A DNA stretch of 64,000 nt, from contig NC_042997.1 in the NCBI RefSeq assembly GCF_006345805.1, positions 8,556,001 to 8,620,000 of the forward strand, in the 5' to 3' direction. Position 1 is the first letter of the stretch. Every line of letters begins with the position of its first letter. Under the pieces are notes generated by a model. That model was not told where the DNA came from. It did no database searches and saw nothing but the letters and a program-made list of their open reading frames with translations. A program made the position numbers and the translations under genes. The stretch comes from Octopus sinensis (taxonomy: Eukaryota). Below are positions 14,021 to 25,502 of this stretch, one piece after another.

Positions 14021-14247
14021 TAACCACATGTGAATCGTTGCCGATTTTCTTCTTCCATCTTCCCTTCTATTGGACTTTCCTCTGTTTTTGAAAAAGAGTG
14101 TCTGCTCAAAACATTAAACCATCTTTCTTTCCTTCCTTGAGTGTCTGCTAATACTTTACATGTATTATTCTCGCAGCATCTCTTTACAATTATTCATCTT
14201 CCTACTCACACAGTCTTGTTTCTTTTTGTGTTTGTTCTTTTTAGATT

Positions 14248-14252
<5 letters not shown>
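14021..14252 (+). mobile_element. Decayed relative of the minimal-HHR element at 16788
   Basis: Colinear with 16788-16995. The ribozyme core is broken (ttgaaaaagag...ctcaaaacattaaac). Ends at (TA)n. Confidence 0.7.
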
Positions 14253-14288
<36 letters not shown>

Positions 14289-14490
14289 AAATAGAAAGAT
14301 GAATAATCTTGTTGCAGATTAATCAAAAGTTTAATCGATACCTTGGTAGCAAAAATCACAGCAGAAGACAGTACGGTTGGAGGTACAACCATATGGTGTT
14401 GCAACCGTGCGTTGGTGCGGATAATTGAATTTTAATATTATTAGTGAATTTAAGAAATGGAGTTGAACGAAGATTGAACAGAAATCGTTT

Positions 14491-14583
14491 TATTTCATTC
14501 TACACGTGTTTCGAAAGGCACAATTTACCAAATTCCGATTGAATAATGAGACCATATTGTGTCTTTCTCTTCAGGAAGAAATA
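14491..14583 (-). ncRNA. Type I hammerhead ribozyme motif
   Basis: Minus strand: tatttcttc CTGAAGA G...C GAA ACACGTGT A gaatgaaata. Both core boxes and helices I-III are present; GUA cleavage triplet. Confidence 0.85.
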
Positions 14584-15177
14584 GGAAATCCGTTGGAAAA
14601 AACAAAAACAGAACAGAGGCGGAGCAAAACAAATCGAACTAGGCTTCTAAGAGCCCATGGCCAAACTGTATATCAGTGTATGTTGAAAACGGGTGGTGGG
14701 TGCGTTGAAGATTTTGACGGGTCAGGCAGTGGTCATTCCGGTGGGTGAGGGCACGGGGTGTGTAGATGTTCTTTGTGACCGAGAGTAAATTTCTGACTAT
14801 TTAAAGAATATTAGATGTATTATATGGGGCGAGACAAAATCTACTTAGAGACATGTGTGTGTTTACTGTTCTATATATGTGTGTGGGCGCAAGTTGGTAA
14901 GAAGCGCTACATTCTGGTCACTGCTGAGAAATCCGTCAAGGGGTAGAAAACATTTTATGTGTACGTGTGTGCGTTTGATCGTGCACAAAGAACATCTACA
15001 TACCCCGTGCCCTCACCCACCGGAATGACCGCTGCCTGACCCGTCAAAATCTTCAACGCACCCACCACCCGTTTTCAACATACACTGATATACAGTTTGG
15101 CCATGGGCTCTTAGGAGCCTAGTTCGATTTGTTTTGCTCCGCCTCTGTTCTGTTTTTGTTTTTTCCAACGGATTTCC

Positions 15178-15270
15178 TATTTCTTCCTGAAGAGAAAGAC
15201 ACAATATGGTCTCATTATTCAATCGGAATTTGGTAAACTGTGCCTTTCGAAACACGTGTAGAATGAAATA
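15178..15270 (+). ncRNA. Type I hammerhead ribozyme motif
   Basis: CTGAAGA 15187-15193; stem II 15194-15205/15237-15248; GAAA 15249-15252; palindromic stem III ACACGTGT 15252-15259; predicted cleavage after A15260; stem I tatttcttc/gaatgaaata. Confidence 0.85.
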
Positions 15271-15313
15271 AAACGATTTCTGTTCAATCTTCGTTCAACT
15301 CCATTTCTTAAAT

Positions 15314-15373
<60 letters not shown>

Positions 15374-15397
15374 CACATATATATGTAATTTCAGTGA

Positions 15398-15636
15398 GGA
15401 AGGTGTTTATAAGCCACTTAAAAACATGCAAAAACTGTTAAATTCACTTCAACATTTAAATTTAATTTGTCAAAATATTTTCATCCCTTTAAAACCATGC
15501 TTCATCAGAGAATTTTGAGATGCAGCATGGAATTTTGTCAGTAAACAGGTCATGTTTTCAAAGCGATCGAAAATTTAAATGTTGAAGTGAATCTAACGGT
15601 TTTTGTGTGCTTTTAAGTGGCTTATAAACACCTTCC
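15398..15636. repeat. Inverted repeat with ~66-bp arms (15398-15463 / 15571-15636)
   Basis: ggaaggtgtttataagccacttaaaa...cacttcaacatttaaattt and its reverse complement, about 90% identical. Confidence 0.85.
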
Positions 15637-16489
15637 ATGCTGCAATTATTTTTGTTTCAGCACATGATTGCAGATCAGGTCACTTGCTACGCAAGTAGAT
15701 CTCTGTAATCTACTACATATGTGGGTATTTCTGTCTGTAGGTGTGTTTGTTTGTGGAGTTGTTAGCTAACTCCCCCTACATCGTTTAATCAATTTTGATG
15801 AAATTTGACACGTGAGTAGAACTCATGTCTGGAAATCTCCTGATATACTTAAATTGCTGAAAAAGTCGATCATAGGGCCCCTGGAAGGGATCCTTATATC
15901 TACTACATATAACTAATATATTTTATTTAAGCACCCTAGGGAAATAACCCATAGCACCTACACTTAAATTTGTCAGTTTTTAGCGACGCGATCAATATTT
16001 TATTCTCATGATCAGCGGACCTAATTCTGCATTTCACTACTCAGAGTTTTGAACTGCTAAACCTTATTATTGCACTTTCTTGATTTGAATCTTAAACTTT
16101 TAAGACTTCATTCTTACATTTATATATATGTATACATTTTTGTGCTTATACATACTACATTTATATATTAGCTTTAATAAAGTAGCCTTGATAAATTTAA
16201 CCTTTAACATACCACGACGAGTAAGAGTACAAGTGGCTACTTCTACTTCACAAGCTGCTCTTATGCGACAATGGTGATCTCAAGTAAGTCTCAAATTTAT
16301 TGTTTGATATTTATTAAATCAAACGATTATTCTTCGTCTATTCTAATTCAAAATCTAGACAGTTATATACATATTGATGTAATTAATTTAGACATCACAT
16401 TAATAGACATTTTTTCACCATCTCCAAATAACTAAATGCTAGCAATGCATGCAAGGTTTTCGATTAAATTTGATTACCTTTTGAATGCC

Positions 16490-16490
<1 letters not shown>

Positions 16491-16529
<39 letters not shown>

Positions 16530-16737
16530 GTTTAATGTCCGCTTTCCATGCTAGCATGGGTTGGACGATTTGACTGAGGTCTGGCGAACCAGATGGCTGC
16601 ACCAGACTACAATCTGATCTGGCAGAGTTTCTACAGCTTGATGCCCTTCCTAACGCCAACCACTCTAGCAGTACTGGCAATGGCCATGCTCAAATAGTGC
16701 TTTTTATGCGCTTCCTGCTCAGGAGCCAGCATGGAAA
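16491..16737 (-). mobile_element. RTE-type LINE 3' UTR fragment with (GAT)n tail
   Basis: Matches the 3' end of the RTE copies at 30830 and 34235 (ccaacccatgctagcatggaaagcggac...gatgatgat). Confidence 0.85.
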
Positions 16738-16787
16738 ATGTTTATTAAATAATAATGATGATGATAATGATTATATGATTCAAAATG

Positions 16788-16995
16788 TGACCACGTGTGT
16801 ACTGTTGGCGATTTTTTTTCCTCTGTCTTCCCTTCTCTGGATCTTTCCTTTTCCTATGTTTCTGATGAAGAGCTCCACTCGAAACGTTAAACCCTCCTTC
16901 TTCCCTTCCTTCCTGAGCGTCCAATAATACTATATTTGTTCCACGTCCTCGCGTTGTTGTGTTCTCTCTTTGTGTTTTCATGTTTGGATTAACTA
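16788..16995 (+). mobile_element. Short element carrying a minimal HHR and ending in (TA)n
   Basis: Homologous to 14021-14252. Contains the HHR at 16858-16892. Confidence 0.7.
16858..16892 (+). ncRNA. Minimal type I hammerhead ribozyme motif
   Basis: GTTT CTGATGA A GAG CTCCA CTC GAA ACGT T AAAC: 4-bp stem I, 3-bp stem II, palindromic ACGT stem III, extra A after the core. Confidence 0.7.
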
Positions 16996-18338
16996 TATAT
17001 ATATATATAGGGAGGGAGAGAGAGAAAGGGCAGGCTTCTGTACTATTTCCATCAACCAAATTCACTCGCCAGGCATTGACTAGCCTGGAACTATAGTAGA
17101 AGGCTCTTTCCCAGGTATCAATTAGTGTGACCAAAGCTGAAACCATGCAATTGAGAAGTGAACTTTGTAACCATATAGCTATGTCTGAACCTGTGTCTAT
17201 TTAAAAAACAATTATATAGTACCCTGCTGCTTATGTTGGTATCTTCTTATAACTATAAAATCTAGGTCATTTGGAGGTTAAGAGTGTTAGAAATGACTAC
17301 AGAATATTTATTCTAATGATGACATATAAACCAATGATTGTTAAAATAACAATGTATTATGTATTCAATTCTGCTAGGTTTGTCAGTTTCACAATGTGTC
17401 CCATAAGTTTGGTATCATATGAGACATTGTTAATGTTTAAAGACTGTCTTGCATATAGAACACCTGGGACTATTGAAATTGATACTTTAAATTGGTTAAT
17501 TAAAATTATTCACTTTCAACTATGTAAATTAAATTACAGACTTCAAAAATATTTAGTCTAAAATACTGAATTAGAAGCAGTCAGTGAAGAAAATTTTCTT
17601 TTTTAATATGTAAATTATGTACTTTTATTTAAATAAAATTTTTTAGAAAAACAAAAATTGCCTTAATGATATAATAACTATTCTTCTTTTAACACATATG
17701 TTTTCCTACTGTCTACATTTGAATTTTTAAAATTTTTTTACTCGCTAGTGATAAACAGGCCAGTCTCACTAGCATGTCATTGTTGATCAGGTGATCAGTT
17801 CATCTTCTATGATTAACATTAGTGATAGAAGAGACAATATAACAAGCAAGGCAAACATTACAGATAAAGTAATCAGAGTGACCAGGCTATTTAGCATAGC
17901 AAACATTAGTAAAAGAGTTACTGGTCATTCATTAGTGACAGGGTGACTATCAAGCTTGGTTAACATTAATGACCGTGACCAACCTATCTCGCTTGCCTAA
18001 CATTAGTAACAGATGAGCAGTATATAGTATATATATATATATAGTATATACAGTATATAGAGGTCATCATTGTTGCTTTGCTACAGATCAGCTTTGATTG
18101 AGTAGGTAGCTTAAGTAAAGTCTATCCCATTTCCTTTCTTTTCTTTTCTATTTTATGCCTAGAACCCGCTATGTTCAAATGTATCCATTTCTTTGAGGCA
18201 TTTTAATGCATACTGAGAAAGTTTGTGCTGATATTTCTAGCAGTATGTGATTGAGCTATGGAAAGAATCCTGTCAGACAAATGATTGGCATAGTCTGAAT
18301 GCCAATGCCATTGAGATTGCTAGCTTTTTCACTCAAGC

Positions 18339-18372
<34 letters not shown>

Positions 18373-18558
18373 TGTATGTATGTATGTATGTATGTATGTA
18401 TGTATGTATGCATGTATGTATGTATGAATGTATGTATGTATGTATGTATGTATGTAGTATGTATGTATGTATGTATGTATATGTGTGGTGTGTATATATA
18501 TATATATATGTATATATATAGATAGATATATATATGAGTGTGTATAAATATATATATA

Positions 18559-18606
<48 letters not shown>

Positions 18607-18620
18607 ATATATTATATGTA

Positions 18621-19891
18621 TCAGGTCATAAGAATGAAATGTCTGATTTTGAACTCAAAGTTTATTTTACTTTATCTCAACAAAAAGCAATGCAGTTAAT
18701 CAAAGTATGCACTTAAATTATCAACACAATTTTGCCATTTTATCAGTAGCTTATTTGTGCCAGCAGTGAAGAATTCTGGAGAGCAAGAGGTGATGAAATC
18801 ACAAAAGCTATTTTTGCATCTTCTTCAGATTTGAAGTTTTTCCTTGCAATAAGTTGTTCAATGCCTGGAAAATGTGATAGTCAGCAAGGTCTGGTGAATA
18901 TGGTGGATGACAGAGTACTTCAAAGTTCAGTTCCTGTAATTTGAGTAGTGTTCTTTGTGCAATATGTGATTGAGCATTGCCTTGCAAGATATTGGCCTGT
19001 CTCCATTGACCAATCTCGGTGTTTAATTGCAAGTTCACCCATCGTTTCAGCCAATCAGCTGATGTATATATCTGCTGTAATTGACTTACCAGGTCTCATG
19101 AAGCTGTAGTGGTTGTCACAATTGCTGGACCACCAAACAGACACCATTAGCTTTTTTTGTTGAATATTCTTTTTAGCCTGCGTTTTGGCACTTCATCTCT
19201 ATCCAACCACCTTGCAGAATGCTTACTATTGTTGAAAAGAGTCCATTTTTCATCACGCATAATAATGCAATGCAAAAGTGGTTCACTTTTATGCCATGAC
19301 AGCAAAGAACAGTAAGTTTCAAGATGTATCATTTGATCCTCGTTCAGTTCGTATGGTACCCACTTGTCCAGCTTTTTTACCTTGCTGATTTGTTTCAGAT
19401 GCTCTAATACAGTTGGAATTGAAACATCAAACCTTGCTGCTAACTCATGCATAATTTGAGATGTGTCTGCTTCCACTACAGTTTCCAGCTCATCATTATC
19501 CACTTTGGTCTCAAGTCTACCATGGGGCTGATTTTCATGAGTAAAGTCACTAGACCGTAACTTCTCAAACCACCTATGTATAGTGTGCTTATTTGCCACA
19601 TCTTCCACCGAACACCTCATTAATGTTTCAAGCTGTCTGGAATGCATTGGTTCCACGATGGAACTCATATTCATAAACAGCATAAATTTTTGATCTATCC
19701 ATGGGTTCACAAAAATTGATTTACAAGAGAAAACTCATAATATAATCAGACACCATGAATTGCATTTTGAAAAGTGATGACATAATTCTTCAATGTTCTA
19801 AAACAAAGAATTGTCAGGATAAAACATTAGAGTTAATGACTGTCAAACTTGGTGCATAAGAAAATTGGACATTTCATTTTTAATGACCTGA
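18621..19891 (-). mobile_element. Full-length decayed mariner transposon, copy 1
   Basis: TA|tcaggtcataagaatgaaatgtc ... gacatttcatttttaatgacctga|TA TIRs. Transposase fragments carry WVPYEL (WVPHEL) and HPPYSPDLA motifs; frameshifted. Confidence 0.95.
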
Positions 19892-19896
19892 TATAC

Positions 19897-19968
<72 letters not shown>

Positions 19969-21240
19969 TCAGGTCATAAGAATGAAATGTCTGATTTTGA
20001 ACTCAAAGTTTATTTTACTTTATCTCAACAAAAAGCAATGCAGTTAATCAAAGTATGCACTTAAATTATCAACACAATTTTGCCATTTTATCAGTAGCTT
20101 ATTTGTGCCAGCAGTGAAGAATTCTGGAGAGCAAGAGGTGATGAAATCACAAAAGCTATTTTTGCATCTTCTTCAGATTTGAAGTTTTTCCTTGCAATAA
20201 GTTGTTCAATGCCTGGAAAATGTGATAGTCAGCAAGGTCTGGTGAATATGGTGGATGACAGAGTACTTCAAAGTTCAGTTCCTGTAATTTGAGTAGTGTT
20301 CTTTGTGCAATATGTGATTGAGCATTGCCTTGCAAGATAATTGGCCTGTCTCCATTGACCAATCTCGGTTGTTTAATTGCAAGTTCACCCATCGTTTCAG
20401 CCAATCAGCTGATGTATATATCTGCTGTAATTGACTTACCAGGTCTCATGAAGCTGTAGTGGTTGTCACAATTGCTGGACCACCAAACAGACACCATTAG
20501 CTATTTTTGTTGAATATTCTTTTTAGCCTGCGTTTTGGCACTTCATCTCTATCCAACCACCTTGCAGAATGCTTACTATTGTTGAAAAGAGTCCATTTTT
20601 CATCACGCATAATAATGCAATGCAAAAGTGGTTCACTTTTATGCCATGACAGCAAAGAACAGTAAGTTTCAAGATGTATCATTTGATCCTCGTTCAGTTC
20701 GTATGGTACCCACTTGTCCAGCTTTTTTACCTTGCTGATTTGTTTCAGATGCTCTAATACAGTTGGAATTGAAACATCAAACCTTGCTGCTAACTCATGC
20801 ATAATTTGAGATGTGTCTGCTTCCACTACAGTTTCCAGCTCATCATTATCCACTTTGGTCTCAAGTCTACCATGGGGCTGATTTTCATGAGTAAAGTCAC
20901 TAGACCGTAACTTCTCAAACCACCTATGTATAGTGTGCTTATTTGCCACATCTTCCACCGAACACCTCATTAATGTTTCAAGCTGTCTGGAATGCATTGG
21001 TTCCACGATGGAACTCATATTCATAAACAACATAAATTTTTGATCTATCCATGGGTTCACAAAAATTGATTTACAAGAGAAAACTCATAATATAATCAGA
21101 CACCATGAATTGCATTTTGAAAAGTGATGACATAATTCTTCAATGTTCTAAAACAAAGAATTGTCAGGATAAAACATTAGAGTTAATGACTGTCAAACTT
21201 GGTGCATAAGAAAATTGGACATTCATTTTTAATGACCTGA
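19969..21240 (-). mobile_element. Full-length decayed mariner transposon, copy 2 (tandem duplicate)
   Basis: Same TIRs and same lesions as copy 1. Five differences seen over ~1.27 kb. Confidence 0.95.
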
Positions 21241-21256
21241 TATACGTATATATATA

Positions 21257-21291
<35 letters not shown>

Positions 21292-21331
21292 CTGTACATG
21301 TGTATATTTGTGTGAATTTGTGTTTGTGTAG

Positions 21332-21363
<32 letters not shown>

Positions 21364-21847
21364 CCTTGTTTTGATATTGTGTGACAGTTGTCTCCTGTGT
21401 GGAAACATGTCTGATAATGAAGAAATATTTCCTTGTTTATAAACAGGTGAAGGTTGGTAATAAGAAGGGCATCCAGCTCTAAAAAAATCCACCTCAAGAA
21501 ACTCCATCTGACCTTTGCAAGCATAGGTAAATGATCATTAAAACGATGGTGGTGGTGATTTTAAAAGCAAAATTTTACAACACATGCCATATTGCTTTCT
21601 AATGAACACTCCAACAATTCTAGTAATCCATTGATATGCCTGGTATTTTATTTACCTTAACTTCAGCTCTCAACTATTAATCACATCATTGGAGTGTTTT
21701 TGTGACATATGGCATATTTTGGGTATATTTTAGATCACAAAGAGTTCTTTCACAAAATGAGAGATAGACAGGCAGGCTGACAAAGTGAAAGAGAAAAATT
21801 GACCCCAGTCTATGAAAGGTATATTATTTGTGAATTCTAGAGAATAC

Positions 21848-22158
21848 ACCCGTGCCGGTGACACGTAAAAAGCACCGTCTGAATGTGGCAGATGCCAGTG
21901 CCACCTGACTGGCATCCATGTCGGTGACATGTAAAAGCACCAAGCAATCATGGCCGTTTGCCAGCCTCCTCTGCTCCCTGTGCCGGTGGCACGTAAAAAG
22001 CACCGACTACACTCATGGAGTGGTTGGCGTTAGGAAGGTCATCCAGCTGTAGAAAAACTGCCAGATCAGACTGGAGCCTGGTGCAGCTTCCCAGACCCCG
22101 GTCGAACCATCCAACCCGTGCTAGCATGGAAAACAGGCATTAAATGATGATGATGATG
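21848..22158 (+). mobile_element. RTE-type LINE 3' UTR fragment
   Basis: gccggtgacacgtaaaaagcacc subrepeats, ggttggcgttaggaagg, (GAT)n tail. Confidence 0.85.
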
Positions 22159-23396
22159 AGGAAAAGGTAAAGGTAACCTTCATGGAATTTGAACTCAGAT
22201 TACTGAGAGTCAGTATGAATACTGTAAAGTTGTCTATCTGACATTCTAACAAAATGGCCACTTAACTACCTTTACACTTCAATTACTGACCTTAAAAAAG
22301 AATAAAGGGCAAAGTTGACCTTAGTAGGAGTTGAACTCAGAACATAAATACCAGAAAGCATTTTATTTGACACTTTAATATGACTGCCAACTTGCTGTCA
22401 TACGCTGATGCTCAAAATCAATGCTTTATATATTTTATTTTGATTTTCTTATTTTGTCTCTTAATTCTTCACATTTTTTTTTTTATATTTTCATCTTTTC
22501 TTTTCATGTTACTATGTTATAAGTTATTTAATGAGTATCTCTAAAATAATTTCCTTATTTGCCAACAATTTGTCTGACAGAGAAAATGTAGTAAAAACCT
22601 ATCACTGCCAATAAGTTGTGTATTTAATGAAAGCTAAATGCAAGTATGTTATACGAACACTTTGTATTGTTTACGTCAAACCACCCACCTCGGCACCAAA
22701 ATGAATTTCATTTCTCCAGACATCTTTTGACATTTCATGAGTTCCTTGAATTAGAAATGTCCATTCTGTTGGGAATTCTAGATTTTTCTATGTTTTGAGA
22801 CAAGATTAATAAATATTCCCAATACAATTATCTTTTATCTTTCACTCTCTTTTCCTCTCTTTGTTTTCATTGCCATTCATTCTCTTTCATTCTCTCTATC
22901 TCCCTTTCTTTTATTATTCATTCTCTTTACCGCATACATACAAATGTGTGTGTGTGTGTGTGTTTTGGCATGTGTATTAGTGTATGTCTGTGTGTTTCAC
23001 AGATTCAGTACTATTTCCTAGTTCTTGCAATGACACTGTTCCTGTTTCATTGTTTCTGGTTCTTCTCCACCAAGAATCTCCTTTGTTCTATCTCCCATAT
23101 CTCTTCCTCTTTCTCTTGTCTGTCTTTTGTCTTCGTCTCCTTCTCTTTCTTGCTTTACTTCTTATCTCTTACTTCTTCATTCGCATTTCCATCTTTCACC
23201 AGCTCTCTTATGATCAGCATTATCAGCATTACCATTGTTCTCGCAGCCTCTCTTTACAATTATTCATCTTCCACTCACACAGTCTCTCTCTTCTATATGT
23301 ATACGTGTATATATATATATAATATATATAATATATATAATATATATATATATATATTATATTACAATACACATATATATATATACATATATTTAT

Positions 23397-23427
<31 letters not shown>

Positions 23428-23562
23428 ACACATACATATATATATATACATATATTTATATATAATATATATATTATATATATATATATCACACACCTAC
23501 ATATATACATATATATATACATATATATATATTATATTCTATATATATATATATATATAGAT

Positions 23563-23598
<36 letters not shown>

Positions 23599-24229
23599 GC
23601 ACACACCTCCCACTCATTCTGTCTTTGTTCTACTTTGTTTTTATGTTTGTTTTTGTTTGTTTGTTTTTTCATAATTATTTCTTATTCTAGCCATATATTC
23701 AATATATCTCTTTATATTCTCTCCTTCATCTCTTGAAAACAATAATACTTACGTATGTATTTTAGGTATTCTTCTCTTAACCTTTCTTGGCTACTAGTTA
23801 TTTTTATAACCTACACCCTTCAATCCTGCTTTTCTCTCACTCTTGAACCTGCTTACCTTTTCCAACAATTCATTCCTCTTTTGTCTCTCACTTTATTACT
23901 GTCTATTTAAAGACTGCACATCCATAATATAACCCCCATACTTCGCTGATAAACAACATTTTCTAAGCTATTGGTCTCGTATTTCTTCTCACTGTACATT
24001 AACTTAAACTTATTTTCTATATATAAATGAACTTTAGATGTATTGAGCTAAAACTAGATCCACAGGTAAAAATGTTTTAAGACTTAAAGCTAGAGGGATG
24101 TGGAAAAATACTTATGAGAGAGGGCTGGAAGCATGTTTGCTGTTCAGTCAGGAGAAAATGGAACAAACAATCAAAAATTCCTTGTTCACAGGCACAACAC
24201 AGTAACTGTTGTAATATTTAAATTTATGG

Positions 24230-24420
24230 TAAGGCTGTGAGCTGGCAGAATTGCTGGCATGGTGGGTTAAATGCTTAACGGCATTTCATCTTTCTTTATG
24301 TTCTGTGTTCAAATTCTGCCATGGTTGACTTTGCCTTTTGTCATTTCGAGTCGATAAAATAAGAATCAGTTGAGCACTGGGGTCAAAGTAATAAGCTAAC
24401 TCAACCCCTTGAAATTTGCT
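24230..24420 (+). mobile_element. Old SINE family A copy
   Basis: gagctggcagaat...gttcaaattctgcc...gactttgcc. Confidence 0.7.
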
Positions 24421-25254
24421 GGCCAGAATTTGAAGCCAATATCTAAATTTATGTGCCAGAATTTGAAGCCGATATCTAAATTTATGATAATGTATTCAGC
24501 TGTCCAACACTTCAACATCATGCATACATTTGAATCTATGAATATACCACCATCACCACCATCATCATCATCATCAACATCCACTTATCCAAGTTTGCAT
24601 TGGTTATCTTTTATCTTGACTTGTTTTATCTTGACAGTCTTTAGACTGCAGCCATGCTGGGGCACCACCTTGATGGCTGTGTTTTTTTGCCAAATGAATC
24701 AACCCCAGTACTTATATTTTTCAAGCCTGGCACTTGCTCTTACTCGTTCAGCCAAACAACTTATTATAAGGACACAAACAAACCAACACTGGGTGTCAAG
24801 CAATAGTTAGGAACAAACACAAACACACAGCAAAAGGGATGTCCCTTTTTGTATCATCTGTCTGGATGTTTTGTTGTCGTCTGTTGTGTTCTTGTCCCAT
24901 TTTTTGTATTCTTTTTTATATACATATAGTGGCGTACGTACAATTCGGTCACTTATATATAAGTGTAAGTACATATGTGTTTGTGTGTGTGTGTGTGTTT
25001 GTTATAGAATTCTAAAGAATCATGGCACATCAACATATAGGATGCCAGGAATGGATAAGTAAACTAACATGGAATCCATAGTGAAGTCTACAACAATGAA
25101 TTTTAGTACTGGTAGGATACTGTAGACATGTAAGTACCAAATCAAATTTAAACTATATGTCCAACTATGGGGTTGGTTCTATATATTCTATATAAATAAA
25201 TAAATAGATAAATGTACACACACACACATACATATGTATGCATATGTATGTATG

Positions 25255-25502
25255 GTGGAGTCACGTGGCTTAGTGGTTTGGATGTCAGCATCATTGATCG
25301 TAAGATTGTGGCTTTGATTCCTGGACCAGGTGACACGTGTTCTTGAGCAAAACACTTCAGTTCTCATTGCTCCAGTCCACTCAGCTGGCAAAATTGAGTA
25401 ACGCTGCAATGGACTGGCGTCCTGTCCAGCTGGAGAACACATATGCCATTGAAACTGGGCAACCGGGCCCACGAGACTGGCTAAGCTTTAAAAGGGTGCA
25501 TT
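25255..25502 (+). mobile_element. SINE family D
   Basis: gtggag...ggcttagtgg head, cttgagcaaaacactt, ccagtccactcagctgg, tail ...ctttaaaagggtgcattt. Confidence 0.85.

Larger units (their letters stand above)
14291..15319. mobile_element. Fold-back HHR element (Penelope-like/retrozyme-like), copy 1
   Basis: 151-bp tail (14291-14441), 336-bp inverted arms at 14442-14777 and 14984-15319 (4 mismatches), 206-bp spacer, (TA)n on both sides. Confidence 0.85.

Noticed and set aside
14506-15255. Identical 80-aa ORFs (MFRKAQFTKF...) on opposite strands, with relatives at 36912-37149
   Set aside because: They are a by-product of the inverted arms read antisense to the ribozyme. They diverge in frame in copy 2 and have no recognisable domain.
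15697-15930. Helitron-like fragment (tctactacatat..., caattttgatgaaatttgacac)
   Set aside because: Resemblance only. No 3' hairpin-CTRR terminus could be assigned.
21395-21415. GAAACATGTC resembling HHR stem III plus GUC
   Set aside because: There is no upstream CUGANGA box or stem II. It lies in an old LINE 3' UTR-like fragment.
24421-24486. 33-bp tandem duplication, and a 20-bp one near 40423-40462
   Set aside because: These are ordinary slippage duplications with no further structure.
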